This document shows, in pieces, positions 49,601 to 62,128 of a stretch of 64,000 nucleotides of DNA. The translations under genes were made by a program, and so were the position numbers. This DNA comes from Octopus vulgaris. Lineage: Eukaryota. The stretch is from NCBI GenBank assembly GCA_951406725.2, contig OX597822.1, forward strand, positions 19,654,001-19,718,000. The letters are read 5' to 3'. The first letter of the stretch is position 1. Each line of letters starts with the position of its first letter. A model generated the notes under the pieces. The model searched no databases, was not told the DNA's origin, and was given only the letters and a program-made list of their open reading frames with translations.

Positions 49601-50240
49601 CGAGCGTCAGCTGAAAAGTTCATAGGCTGACCAAAATTCTCTCATATATAATGTGACCAAATGAGGTTTAATTTTTCAACATAGTCTCCCTTGCAACGAA
49701 CACACTTCTTCCATCAGTGTTGCAGTGCTTGGATCCCATTGGTGAAGATGCTTCCATCATGTTGATCAAAAAAGCCATATGACATCATCATGACTGTGAT
49801 ACTGGTTACCAGCCAAGTGTTTTTTCATTTTGAGGAACAGATGATAGTAAGATGGGGCCAAATCAGGAGAATCTGGAGGTTGATCAACTAGTTCAAAGCC
49901 ATAGCCATGCACGGAAGCCATGGGAACCAGAGAATTGTCTGCTGGTCCATTGTCCTGATGAAACCCCTTTTGTCAATTTTCCTGGGCATTTGATCTTCAT
50001 AGCCTTTCGCAACTGCCTCAGCAAGTTGACATAGTACTCTCTACTGATGGTGAGGCCTTTTTGAAGATAGTCAATAAACACAATGCCATCTGCATCCCAA
50101 AAAACCGAGGCCATTGCCTTCTCTGAAGATGAAACAACCTCGGCCTTCTTTGGAGCAGGTGAAGAAGGATATTTCCACAGCATGGATTGTTTCTTTGTCT
50201 CTGGCTCAAAGTGATGAACCCAATACTCATGGTTACCCCA
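49601..50240 (-). mobile_element. Mariner 3' fragment (same family as 58056)
   Basis: ORF 49893..50294 has WVHHFEPETKKQS and ASVFWDADG. Matching TIR at 49601. Confidence 0.85.
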
Positions 50241-51149
50241 GCTAAAAAGAGAGAAAAGAGATGGTAGTGATGAGGCATCAGGGCATACACCCAAAGTATA
50301 AGAATGTGAAAATGAGAGCGGATACAGACAGAGGATTGAAAGTGGTGGGTGAGTAGATAAGTTTGTGAGAGTATGAAAGGAATGTGGTTAGAGATGCAGT
50401 TCTAAGATCAAGTTCTTACTGTCAGGAACACAATCGAGTATACTATCCTAAAATAAAATTTGCAGTCATTACTCAGTGTAACAGAATTATTTTTTTTTTG
50501 TCTTTGGTCAGTAAAGTGTTATTTTCTATTTGTTTCTATCAAGAAATCAAAGGAAATGACCACTATTCCCTTCAAACTTTGTTTTTGTGACCTGGACATC
50601 AATGTTTTGAAACTGACCCATTTTCCATTACATTTCAGACAGATTCAGCACTGAGTTGCTGAAGTACAATTTTCTAGTACTTTCTAGAAGTTTCAAGAAT
50701 GGCAGTATAAACACATGGATCATAAGCTCAACAGTTCAGTTTACTTCTAGCTGTCCAAGTGGAGACATGTGTTAGGAAAGCAAAGCTTGAAGGAAATATC
50801 AGCCATTTTTTATGCTTTCTAAGGATAAGCAAATAGGAAATAACAGTCGCTACCCAAGGACAAAAATCATATTACACAGTGTTATCTGTTAGATTACAAT
50901 AAATGTGCTTGCAACTCAATGGAGATCCTTTAGCCATTAAAAACTAAACTAATATGACAGGTTGTTTAAAAGGGAGAATATGATAAATTCATGGATATGG
51001 TGAGTAGCCCTTTCATTAGTTTATTTTCTTTTACTATTTTACATCAATTCTTTTTTAAATGAGTATGATATATTTATTAGAATAAATTGTTTTCCCATCT
51101 GGATGACAGAGGTCGGAATTCAACTTGCTGTTATTTGTGCAAAATATGG

Positions 51150-51410
51150 ATATCATCATTATCGTTTAGCGTCCGCTTTCCATGCTGGCATGGGTTGGAC
51201 GGTGCAACTGGGGTCTGGGAAGCCAGACGGCTGCACCAGACCCAGTCTGATCTGGCAGTGTTTCTACAGCTGGATGCCCTTCCTAACGTCAACCACTCCA
51301 TGAGTGTAGTGGGTGCTTTTTACGTGCCACCAGCACAGGTGCCAGACGAGGCTGGCAAACGGCCACGATCGGATGGTGCTTTTTACGTGCCACTGGCACA
51401 GAATCCAGTT
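51150..51410 (-). mobile_element. RTE LINE 3' UTR fragment
   Basis: Same terminus plus ~1.5 minisatellite units. Older copies lie at ~1560-1735, 8560-8840, 15750-15960, 30990-31210 and 49320-49500. Confidence 0.8.
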
Positions 51411-52134
51411 GGATATGACTATATTTCTTTATTTATTGCTTTCACTGTATTGATGTTTTCATAATTATTCTTATATAATTTAATAATTATGCTCACATCT
51501 AAGGTAGTGAGCTGGTAGAATTGTTAGCACACTGGACAAAATGCTTATTGGCATTTTGTCCGTCTTTATGTTCTGAGTTCAAATTCTAAGGAGTTCAACC
51601 CTGCCTTTCATCTTTCCAGGGTCAATAAAATAAGTATCATTTCATCACTGGGGTTAATTTAATTGATTTACTCCCTCAAACGAAATTGTTGGCCTTGTAC
51701 CAAAATTTGAAACCAATACTTACACTCATCAAGAAAACACCTTTCCACTCCACTCCCTACATATGAGTCCTCATAGTTACTCCAGATGGTAGGCCTGGTT
51801 ATCACCAAAGACCTTTCCTGGAGAAAGCACATCCTTAACATAATTAGGACTACATTCCAATGACTGACCCTTCTCTTCAAGGTCAGACAATAATTCAGTA
51901 CTTAATGATTGCTGACACAATGGAATGTTATTCCAATATTTGGGATAATGCTGCTATTATTGGACACACATGTCCAGGAAAGGATCGCTCAACTAACTGA
52001 TATAAAATTACTCACAGACAAGCGCCAGGCTCCTGACCCCACTTTTACCACAATATCCTTAAGCCACAAAGAGAGACTCACTCACATTTTCTCTCAGACT
52101 GATTTTTAGAAGACAACCTATTAAAATATAATCA

Positions 52135-52294
52135 AGGCATAAGAGTGGCTATGTGGTAAGTAGCTTGCTTACCAACCACATGGTTCCGGGTTCAGTCCCA
52201 CAGCGTGGTACCTTGGGCAAGTGTCTTCTACTATAGCCTTGGGCCAACCAAAGCCTTGTGATTTGGTAGACGGAAACTGAAAGAAGCCCATCAC

Positions 52295-52326
<32 letters not shown>

Positions 52327-52525
52327 ATGTGTTTGTCCCACTAACATCGTTTGACAACTGAAGCTGGTGTGTTTATGTCTCTGTAACTAAGCGGTTTGGC
52401 AAAAGAGACCGATAGAATAAGTACTAGGCTTACAAAGTCCAGAATAAGTCCTGGGGTCGATTTGCTCAACTAAAGGCAGTGCTCCAGCAATGGCCACAGT
52501 CAAATGACTGAAACAAGTAAAAGAG
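52135..52525 (+). mobile_element. tRNA/CORE-like SINE; copies at 3655-4045, 42620-43170 and 53540-53975
   Basis: tRNA-like head ggttccgggttcagtccca, ccttgggcaagtgtcttctactatagcc core, internal (TA)n, tail gtcaaatgactgaaacaag. Confidence 0.8.
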
Positions 52526-53741
52526 TACTTTCTATGACTGACATAGTTTATTTACATAATGATCCAAAACTGAGATTGGTGGCCTGACAATTTTTTTTGT
52601 TTTTCATTACTTGTTGGATTTTGAAGTTCTTCCTAAACTTGTGAGACAGATTGTATTAATGTTCAACTTAAATGTTACAAGTTGACCCCTGTAAGGAACA
52701 AAGAGGAGATTTCTAGAGAAGGAAGGAAGGAATGGGAATAGTGATTAGTACAGGGTCTGGGGTGTTGGACACAACATGGGTGATGAGAGGTGACAAGACA
52801 AGTGGATCAGGGATGCCTGAGTGGAGGTAGTACAAAAACTATTAAAGAGCAGAGGTCATTACAGTATTGATAGAAATGGCAATAAGAGGAAAGAAGATAG
52901 AGATGGTGGGGGTGAGATGCCAGAGCAAACTAAAGTTAAATAGTGAGTTCATATATTTATTTTTTCATGCAAAGTAAAGCAAAAGCAGAACTATGTCTTG
53001 CTGACTTGTGTGGTAAAATGGCAATGCTGGACTAATGTAAATGAAGTAATCCAGCATCTTAATCTTAAAGCCAGGATGATTCCTGCAATATCATCAAGTA
53101 ATTACATCAACATAATCAAAATCAGATAATTAGTAGTCTTGTTCTAATATTAGAAATTAATTAATGTTCAGGTTGAGATCATTCAAAGAATATTGACACA
53201 AGGAAAGAAGGAGAAAAAGAGCAAGGGTTTTTCATATAGTGTGTTGTCTATGTTAAAGCTAAGTTTTAAATATACAAATATATATCTTTGATCTTTATCT
53301 TTTAGCTTTTACTTGTTTCAGCCATTGGCAAGGGGTGCTTGTTTGTTTATGTCCCTGTAACTTAGTAGTATTTCAGCAAAAGAGGCCGATAGAATAAGTA
53401 CCAGGCTTAAAAGAAAAAAAAATAAAGACTGGGGTTGATTAGTTCAACTAAACTGTTTGGGGCAGTGTTCTAGCATGACCACAGTCCAACAATTAAAACA
53501 AAGGGTAACAGATGAAAAATATATAACAATCTTTTACTTCTTTCAATCATTTGACTGTGGCCATGATGGGGCACTACTTTTAACGGTTTTAAAGCCTAGT
53601 ACTTATTCTATCCATCTCTTTTGCTGAACCACTAAGTTACAGGAACGTAAACAAACCAACACTGGTTGTCAAGCAGTGGTGGGAAACAAACACAGACCAC
53701 AAAGACATACACGCATAGATATATGTATGTGTGTGTGTATG

Positions 53742-53801
<60 letters not shown>

Positions 53802-54428
53802 CATACATATATGATGAACTTCTTTCAGTTTTCCCTCTACCAAATCCATGCACAAGGCTTTGGTCAGCCTAAGGCTATAGTAGAAGACACTTGCCCAAGG
53901 TTTCACGCAGCTGGACTGAACCTGGAACCATGTGGTTGGGAAGCACAAGCTTCTTACCACACAACCATGCCTGCGGTTACAAATGTTGTGAGAACTATAC
54001 AACTGTATACAGTTAAAGAAACGGATAACGCTCAAGATTTGACCTGTAAGGTGTCCAAAACCAGTGAAACTGATACAGTTAATATTGTACTGAAATCAGT
54101 GGAAGCTGACAGGATATGTGCAGAGGGGGAATTCAAGAGAGCTGATGTACTGGGAGGAAAAGGAAAGGACTTAGCTTTGTGATAAGAGTGGGGCCAGGAG
54201 GTGGTGGTTAAACATAATATGGTGATAAAAGGAGAATCAAGTGGATTAAGGATATATGGATAGTACTGATCTCATGCTGAGCAGAAATAGCTAGGGATCA
54301 GTCAACACTAATTGATAATAGAACTGATAATAGAAAAGGCAGAGAGATTAGCTGGGTTGTTTGTGGGTCAGAGTGGATGTGTTGGTGTATGACTTTATAA
54401 CAATCAGTCAGGTCATGTCTCAGGATAT

Positions 54429-54467
<39 letters not shown>

Positions 54468-54792
54468 GTGTGTGTGTGTGTGTGTGTGCATGCTTGTGTG
54501 TGTAATGTCCCAGATGGGGGAGTTGTATTGCAATGAGTTTTCTGGAGAGTATTTTCTGGCCTTGAATAGAAGAGCCCCATTTTTAAAGATGTTGTCTTTG
54601 CTATGTTAGACCTTTAGCTGGTTATATCAGGCCCAAATATTCTACATGTTTTATGTTCAACCCAAATTCGGCCTCTCACACTTACCATAAAATGTCATAC
54701 TAAAAATATACTATGACATCATTGAAATCTAGAAACAGCAAGATAGTGCATAATTCAAACCAATTTGAATAAATAGGCATTATGCTTCATTA

Positions 54793-55325
54793 TTTACATT
54801 ATTACATTCGACGAATATTTGTCCTCATCTTGTTTGTTGTTAACACAACATTTCAGCTGATATACCCTCCAGCCTTCTTCAGGTGTCTTGGGAAAATTTC
54901 GAACCTGGGTTCTCATTCCTAAGGTATTTTTCTATGTTGTTATTATTATTATTATTATTGTTCAGGTCACTGCTTGGAATTGAACTCAGAATCTTGGGGT
55001 TAGTAGCCCATGCTCCTAACCACTATGCCATATACCCTTGCTCTTTTTTGCCTTCTTTTCTTGAGTCAATATTCTTTGGCATAGTGGTTAAGAGCACCCA
55101 AGATTACAAGTTCAATTCCATGCAGTGACTTGAACAATAATAATAATAATAATAACATCGAAAATACCTTAGGTATGAGAACCCAGGCTCGAAATTTTCC
55201 CAAGACACCTGAAGAAGGCTGGAGGGTATATCAGCTGAAACGTTGTGTTAACAACAAACAAGATGAGGACAAATATCCGTCGAATGTAAATAATGTACAT
55301 AATTCCTCATCTCTTAAATATAGAA
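54793..55325. mobile_element. Head-to-head inverted pair of the tRNA-head/hammerhead terminal repeat also seen at 28050-28290
   Basis: 54793-55035 is the reverse complement of 55076-55298. A-box TGGCATAGTGG, B-box-like GTTCAATTCC, (AAT)n, then the hammerhead. The right arm has a ~27-nt extension. Confidence 0.85.
55204..55249 (+). ncRNA. Putative minimal type I hammerhead ribozyme
   Basis: gacac-CTGAAGA-a-ggctgg agggtata tcagct-GAAA-CG-TT-gtgtt. Stem I is gacac/gtgtt, stem II is 6 bp, stem III is palindromic ACGT, and the triplet is GUU. Confidence 0.7.
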
Positions 55326-56187
55326 AAGTATTATGCTTGATAGAATAATCTGAATGTTACAGATGTGTTGTTGTCACAATATATCCTTAGTGATAATGAA
55401 ACCAGACATTTGAAGGGATTACAAGGGTTCTAGTTGCATGATGTTCATGTTTGGAGTGGTGTGTGTGATTATGTTTTCTTGCAACATGTGAAGCGTTTTT
55501 TTTTACTAATTAAGCAATCAAAATTAACATAACTCCTTAGTAGGATATTTTCAAAATTCATTTTGATGGAATCTCAGTGCAGGTTAGTTGTGAGGTGTTT
55601 AGGTTACATGAGGATGGTGCTTGAGTGTGGCAGGCTAGGAACAGCTGAAGGGTGGCACTATCTGTGTAGGTGTTGTTGGGAGCGACAACAAGTAGAAGGT
55701 TGATGTAGAAGAGGAAGAAAGTGGGGGTTAGGTGGACATAAAAACTAAGCCCTGGAATGCACCAAAAGTGATGTGGGTCAGAGGGAGCTCCATTAGCACC
55801 TTAAATGATGATACAATTTGACTCACTGATCTAAGAAATGAAAGGTAGTCTATGGACTAGTAGTTTTACCATGAGAATTTGCATTCCAGACACAGTCAAA
55901 ATCTTTGCTGATATCGAGGGTAACAATATTTTCACTAAATTTCTCAAGGACGAGAACCCACAGTGATGTTGGGCTCATGAACCACTATTTAGGCTCTCAG
56001 TCACTGGTTCAAATCATACTAAGGTCAACTTTGTCTTTCATTCCTACAAGGTCAATAACAGTGTAGCTCATACAATCAACTGCAGCCTCCGCTTCAGACA
56101 ATTAGTCTAGTAGCTAATTAACCACTATTTAATTGATCTGATGAAATATAAAGCAATTGCTAATTAATGATGTTCAGTGATGAGTTA

Positions 56188-56424
56188 TTTTTTTTTCTTT
56201 ACTGCCCACAAGGGGCTAAACATAGAGGGGACAAACAAGGACAGACAAAGGGATTAAGTCGATTACATCGACCCCAGTGTGAAACTGGTACTTTATTTAT
56301 CGACCCCGAAAGGATGAAAGGCAAAGTTGACCTCGGCGGAATTTGAACTCAGAACGTAACGACAGACGAAATGCCGCTAAGCATTTCGCCCGGTGTGTTA
56401 ACGTTTCTGCCAGCTCGCCGCCTT
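56188..56424 (-). mobile_element. Abundant SINE family (core gcctttcatcctttcggggtcgataaa, Meta-domain-like)
   Basis: TSD tcagtgatgagttatt. Further copies at ~345-560, 24503-24722 (TSD gttaatacc), 48330-48530, 51500-51715 and 59700-63350. Confidence 0.85.
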
Positions 56425-57633
56425 CTCAGTGATGAGTTATTACATCTGTTGATGAAATGGAGTAATAGAGCTATGGCTTTTATGCCTTACCTAATAGTAT
56501 GAGTGATCTTGGAGAAATGAAATACCTACTAACTTCCAAGCTTACTTTTACTGAAGATTACTTCTACTTTAACATGTTTGTCTCAGGATGAATGTACATA
56601 AAACATTGTACAGGGATAGGTTGATAGTAGCCAAAGAGCAACTATAACACAGCCAGTAATGTGCAATTAAAAGATGGTCATTAACATTTGTCTGGTGGAA
56701 ATTATTGATATTTATCTCTACCTGGAACAAACCATCTCCTTCATAACTGCACCCCAAACTCTGTCAAAGAGTCTTGTCTTGTAAATTATTTGGTGACCTC
56801 AATAGAGTTGGGGCTATGAAAAAAAGTAACCAGTACACTCTGTAAAGCTGTAGAAACTTTGCCAAAGTAGACGCTGAAGCTCAATGCAATGCTCTGGCTT
56901 GTTGGATCCTGTCCAACTGTCCAACCTATGCTAGCATGGGATTATTTTTTTTTTTTTATGCGTGCTTTTCAAGCCTAGCCAAGCTCATGGGCCTGGTTTC
57001 TGTGGTGAATGTGTTCCTCCCAGCTGGATGGGACGGCAGTCCATCACAGCCTTACTCAAGAAACAGGAAGAGAGAGTGAGAGACAGTTGGAGTGAACGAG
57101 TACAACAGGGATCGCCACCACTCCCTGCTGGAGCCTCGTGGAGCTTTTAGGTGCTTTCGCTCAATAAACACACACAACACCGGGTCTGGGAATCGAAACC
57201 ATGATCCTCCGACCATGAGTCTGCTGCCCTAACCACTGGGCCATTGCGCCTCCGCTAGCATGGGATATGAACGTTAAATTATGATGATGACAATTTCATT
57301 AAGCTGCTCAATCAAACAGCACCAAGAGTGCAATAGGTATTTCGAATATAGTCTATGGTCTTGGATTATGTCATTAGGAGGGAGTTACAAGATTTAATAT
57401 ATAGACTGTTGAAATATATTATTTTAACCAACAATTTTTTGACATAAAAGTACCCTGCACATTAGAAGAAATGTTACTTTTGTGGTATTTAGACAGAGGT
57501 TGTATTCAAGGTTTCTAATTACTTGATGTTCTATGGTAAATAATGCATAACAATAATCCTGATTGATTCCTACTATTGGGGCAAGACCATGACTTTTGGC
57601 AGTGAGTGAGTGAGTGAGAGAGAGAGGGGGGGA

Positions 57634-57755
<122 letters not shown>

Positions 57756-58055
57756 TAGTCAATTTAATAATTGGTGCTTGTTTTATCAAGCTCAGAAGGA
57801 TAAATGACAGTAATCTTTGGCAGAATATATAACCAAAACATCTGGACAGATAAGTTACAAAGTGCATTCCAGAAGTTTTGAGACATTTTTAGGAGAAGCA
57901 ATTATAACTTTGCTAGATTACTATAATTTTAGTATATCATTACTATACATCTAATAAGCTGACCTGCCAACCTCTGTTAGTCAAGATTGAAGAAGATAGC
58001 TGTAACAATACTTTGAACACACACCCTACTGAACATTGCTTGTCACAGGTGACTA

Positions 58056-59318
58056 CGAGGGTCGGCTGAAAAGTTTATAGGTTGATCAAGATACTCTCAT
58101 GAAATGTGACTAAATGAGGTTTATTTTTCAACATAATCCTCCTTGCATTCTACACACTTCTTCCATTGGTGTTGCAGTGGTTGAATCCCATTGATGAAGA
58201 AGTTTTCATCGTGTTGGTCAAAAAAGTCATCAATGGCAGACACGAGGTCATCATCTTGTGATACTGCTTTGCAGCCAGGTGTTTTTTCATGTTGGGGAAC
58301 AGGTGATAATTAAATGGGACCAAAGTAGGAGAATAGGGAAGGTATTCAACCAATTCAAAGACAAAGTAATGTGCAGCAGCCACTGATACGAAGGACATGT
58401 GTGCTGGAGCACTACCCTGATGAAACAAGACCCTTTCATCAGTTTTCCTGGGCATTTGGTTTTGATAGCTTTTAGTAACTATCTCAGCATAGTACTCTCC
58501 ATTTATGGTGTGGCCCTTTTGAAAATAGTCAATAAACACAATGCTGCTTGTATCCAAAAAAAAACCAAAAAAACACAGGCCAACACCTTCCCTGTAGATA
58601 AAACGATCTTGAACTTCTTTGGAGCAGGTGAAGAGGTGTGTTTCCACTGCATGGATTGTCTTTTTCTCTATGGTTCCAAGTGATGAATCCAACACAAATC
58701 CCAGCTTAGAAAACAATTAAGGAAACCAGAGTGATCTGCCTCAAACAATGTTAGATTTTCCCCCCTGATGTGACAAGCCTGGTGTGCTTTTGATCAGGTG
58801 TCAGAAAACGTAGCACACACTGAGCAGAAACCTTCATCATATTCCTTTATGCTAATAGCATTGGTCACTTGACTGATAGTCAATTGCCTGTCACCCATCA
58901 CCATGTGATGAACATGATTAATGTTTTCCTTGGTGGTGGCAGTTGGAGGACGTCCTGACCTTTGGTCATCTTCGGGACTCTCCCTTCTCCTCCTAAATTC
59001 AGTTGTCCACTTTTGCACTGTTGATAAAGCTGGAGTGTCATCTCCTAATGCAGTAACATGTCAGCATGAATGTCCTTGGGGGCTAAACCCTTTTTCTGCA
59101 GGTACTTGATAACACCATGATGCCAAATTTTTGTCCATTTTCAAGAGAAGTCGCTACTAGTTACCTTTGAAGTCTTCTTTGGACAGTCAGATGTCAGTTT
59201 ATCTGGAAAGAAACAGTGCAGCTATTAATAAGAAGGGTTGAAATTAATGCATACAAGATTTCACAGCTCTAGCATCACTCCTTCATAGCCAGCCTATGAA
59301 CTTTTCAGCTAACCTCTG
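58056..59318 (-). mobile_element. Full-length-sized degenerate mariner
   Basis: TIRs cgagggtcggctgaaaagtttatagg / cctatgaacttttcagctaacctctg flanked by TA. Fragments include RSGRPPTATT and YLPYSPTLVPFNYHLFPNMKK. Many frameshifts. Confidence 0.9.
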
Positions 59319-59699
59319 TAGTTTGCTGAATGCAGCTGGGTAATGAAGACAATTTGGAAGGTCGCTATGCAATAAAGTTTTGTGTGAAACTGGACAGAAA
59401 GACTACAGAATCAAGTTTCATTTTCTCCAACTACCTATAATGATTCAACATTAGTCTATTTGACTGATTAGCCAGGACACTAAACTTTGTTAATCAATAG
59501 CTTTTATAAACCAGGTGTTTGATTTCACAGCCATACTATATATATATATATATATATACATACATACAACAGTACTTTGGTTTTTGAACAACCCTAACTA
59601 TGAATAAATCATACTTTATTTCCTGTCTTTCTCATATTGATTTAATACAGTAGTACCTCGGTTTTCGAACAACTCTGATCACGAATAAATCGTGCTTTA

Positions 59700-60899
59700 T
59701 ATATACTTTGGCCTTCCATCCTTTCAAGGTAGATAAAATGAAGTGCCAATCAAATACAGGGCTTGTAATATACTGGGCCCCAGCCCCTAAAAACTGCTTT
59801 GTGCCAAAATTAGAAAGAATTATTATTATTATTACTATTACGGTGATGAATTGGCTGAGTCAATATATTTCCAGCTCCATACATTTGGAGTTCAAATCCT
59901 GCTGATGTCAACTTTGCTTTTGATTCTCCCAGTCAAGGAATGGGGTTTATGTAATCAACTAACCCACCAAAACTGCTGACTTTATGCCAAAATTTGAAAC
60001 AGTTCTTAATATTACTGGTGGACTTGCAGACTTAACAGAGCATCGGGCAAAATGCCTTGAGGTATTTTTTCAGGTTCTATGGAATCTATGTTCAAATCCT
60101 ACAAAAGCCAACTTTACCTTTCATCCCTCCGAGGGGTAGGGTTTGATACAATAAATTACCAGCCTAATCTGAGGTCTATGGCCTTGTGCCGAAATTAGAA
60201 AGAATTATTATTATTATTATTATAATTGAGTGAGAGATCAGTGCATGCCATCAAAGTGGCACTGGGGTAAAATATATGAAGCCCAGTATACCTGTCATGA
60301 CTACCTGTCTGATAAGGGTACACGAGGCGCATGCATCACAACCATATGTGTGCGACATGGTGATCTCATATCAAGATAAACAGCGCATGACCTTGCAGGT
60401 GGGGCCCAGTTAGAATTTTCTTCTGGTCGAGTAACCCATCCTGCTCAAAAGGTCCCTGAATAAGGTTTGTTTAAGGATGATGAACAAAGCACCCATGTTT
60501 TCAAGGGTGAATTATCCAAACCCCAAAGAATTCCTCTCAACACATGGCTATGATGCTCCCCCACTACTTCTGCTCATGATTAGAGATACACATATCATCA
60601 GCCACCAGGGGACATGCTCAACATGGTTAAGGTCAAGCAACTGACAAGCATTATTATTATTATATAAGGCAGCAAGCTGGCAGAATTGTTAGCATGCTAG
60701 ATGAAATGCTTAGCAGTATTCTGCCTGTTGCTCCATTCTGAGTTGAAATTCTGCCAAGGCCAACTTTGCCTTTCATCCTTTTGAAGTTGATAAAATAATT
60801 CCCAGTTGAACACTGGGATCGATGTAACTGACTCAGACCCTTCCCCGAAATTTCAGGCCTTGTGCCTATAGTAAAAAGGATTATTATTGTTATTATTAT

Positions 60900-60943
<44 letters not shown>

Positions 60944-61219
60944 AGGTGGCAAGCTGGCAGAATTGTTAGCATGCTGAGCAATGTAAGTGACTTACTCATT
61001 CCTCTGGCCTTGTGCCAAAATGTGATATTAAAAGCAGCGAGATGATAGAATTATTAGCATGCCAGGCAATATGCTTAGTGGCATTTTGTCTTCCGAGGTT
61101 GACTTTGCCTTTCATCCTTTCGGGGGTCGATAAATACGTACCAGTTGAGTACTGGGGCCAATGTAATTGACTAGTACCCTCCCCAAAAACTTTAGACCTT
61201 GTGCCTTTAGTAGAAAGGA

Positions 61220-61253
<34 letters not shown>

Positions 61254-61555
61254 GGTGGTGAGCTAGCAGAATCATTAGCATGCCAGGCAAATCGCTTAAC
61301 AGCATTTTGTTTGTCATTACATTCTAGTTTCAATTCCTCCAAGGTTGACTTTGCCTTTCATCCTTTCAAGGTTGATAACATTAGTACCAGTTGAGCACTG
61401 GGGTTGACATAACTTCCCCTTCCCCTAAAATTGCTGCCCTGTGCCAAAATTTGAATCCATTATTATTATTAAGGCAGCAAGTTTATAGAATCATTAGCAT
61501 GTCAGACGAAATGCTTAGTGGTATGTCTTCCAACGCTTTACATTCTGAGTTCACA
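59700..61555 (+). repeat. Head-to-tail cluster of ~8 SINE copies separated by (ATT)n/(ACT)n
   Basis: Repeated aaggc/tggcaagctggcagaattgttagc heads directly follow ttattattat tails. More copies at 62860-63350. Confidence 0.85.
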
Positions 61556-61859
61556 TCATTATTCATGCAGTTTTTGAGCATTACTAACTTGTGAAGTAAT
61601 GTTGAATAGCTGGTGTTGTATGTAGGATGGATCCAGCTATCAGCTGAGTACATTGTGAGGTTCACTCCCAACATCAGCCTTTAACAAGGTGGTGACAAGG
61701 CTGAAAAGATTGAGGACATGTACTCTCCTCTTTGATCAAGCCCTCATCAACTTTTTTCAAGTTCCACTTGGAAAGGAAAGTGAGAGAGGAGAGGAAAGTG
61801 ATTTCCTCCAGTGAATTAGTCCAGAGATGGGTAACTGGCAAAAATGATTAGGCTGAATG

Positions 61860-62128
61860 GACCTTACTCTATGCATGTGCTTGTGGAGTGGAAAACAACA
61901 GCTGGGTCAGAGGCTTGTGCCCTAGGTGGCCAGGGTGATCCTATATCTGTAGGGTTTCTTGACTGGCCTTAGTCAGAGGCTGTCCTGTACCAAGAGGACC
62001 TACTCTATGTATGTGCTTGTGGAGTGGAAAACAACAGCTGGGTCAGGGGTTTGTGCCCTAGGTGGCCAGGGTGATCCTATATCTGTAGGGTTTCTTGACT
62101 GGCTTTAGTCAGAGGCTGTCCTGTACCT
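61860..62128. repeat. Direct tandem duplication of ~137 bp
   Basis: tactctatg(c/t)atgtgcttgtggagtggaaaac...gaggctgtcctgtacc appears twice. Confidence 0.9.
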
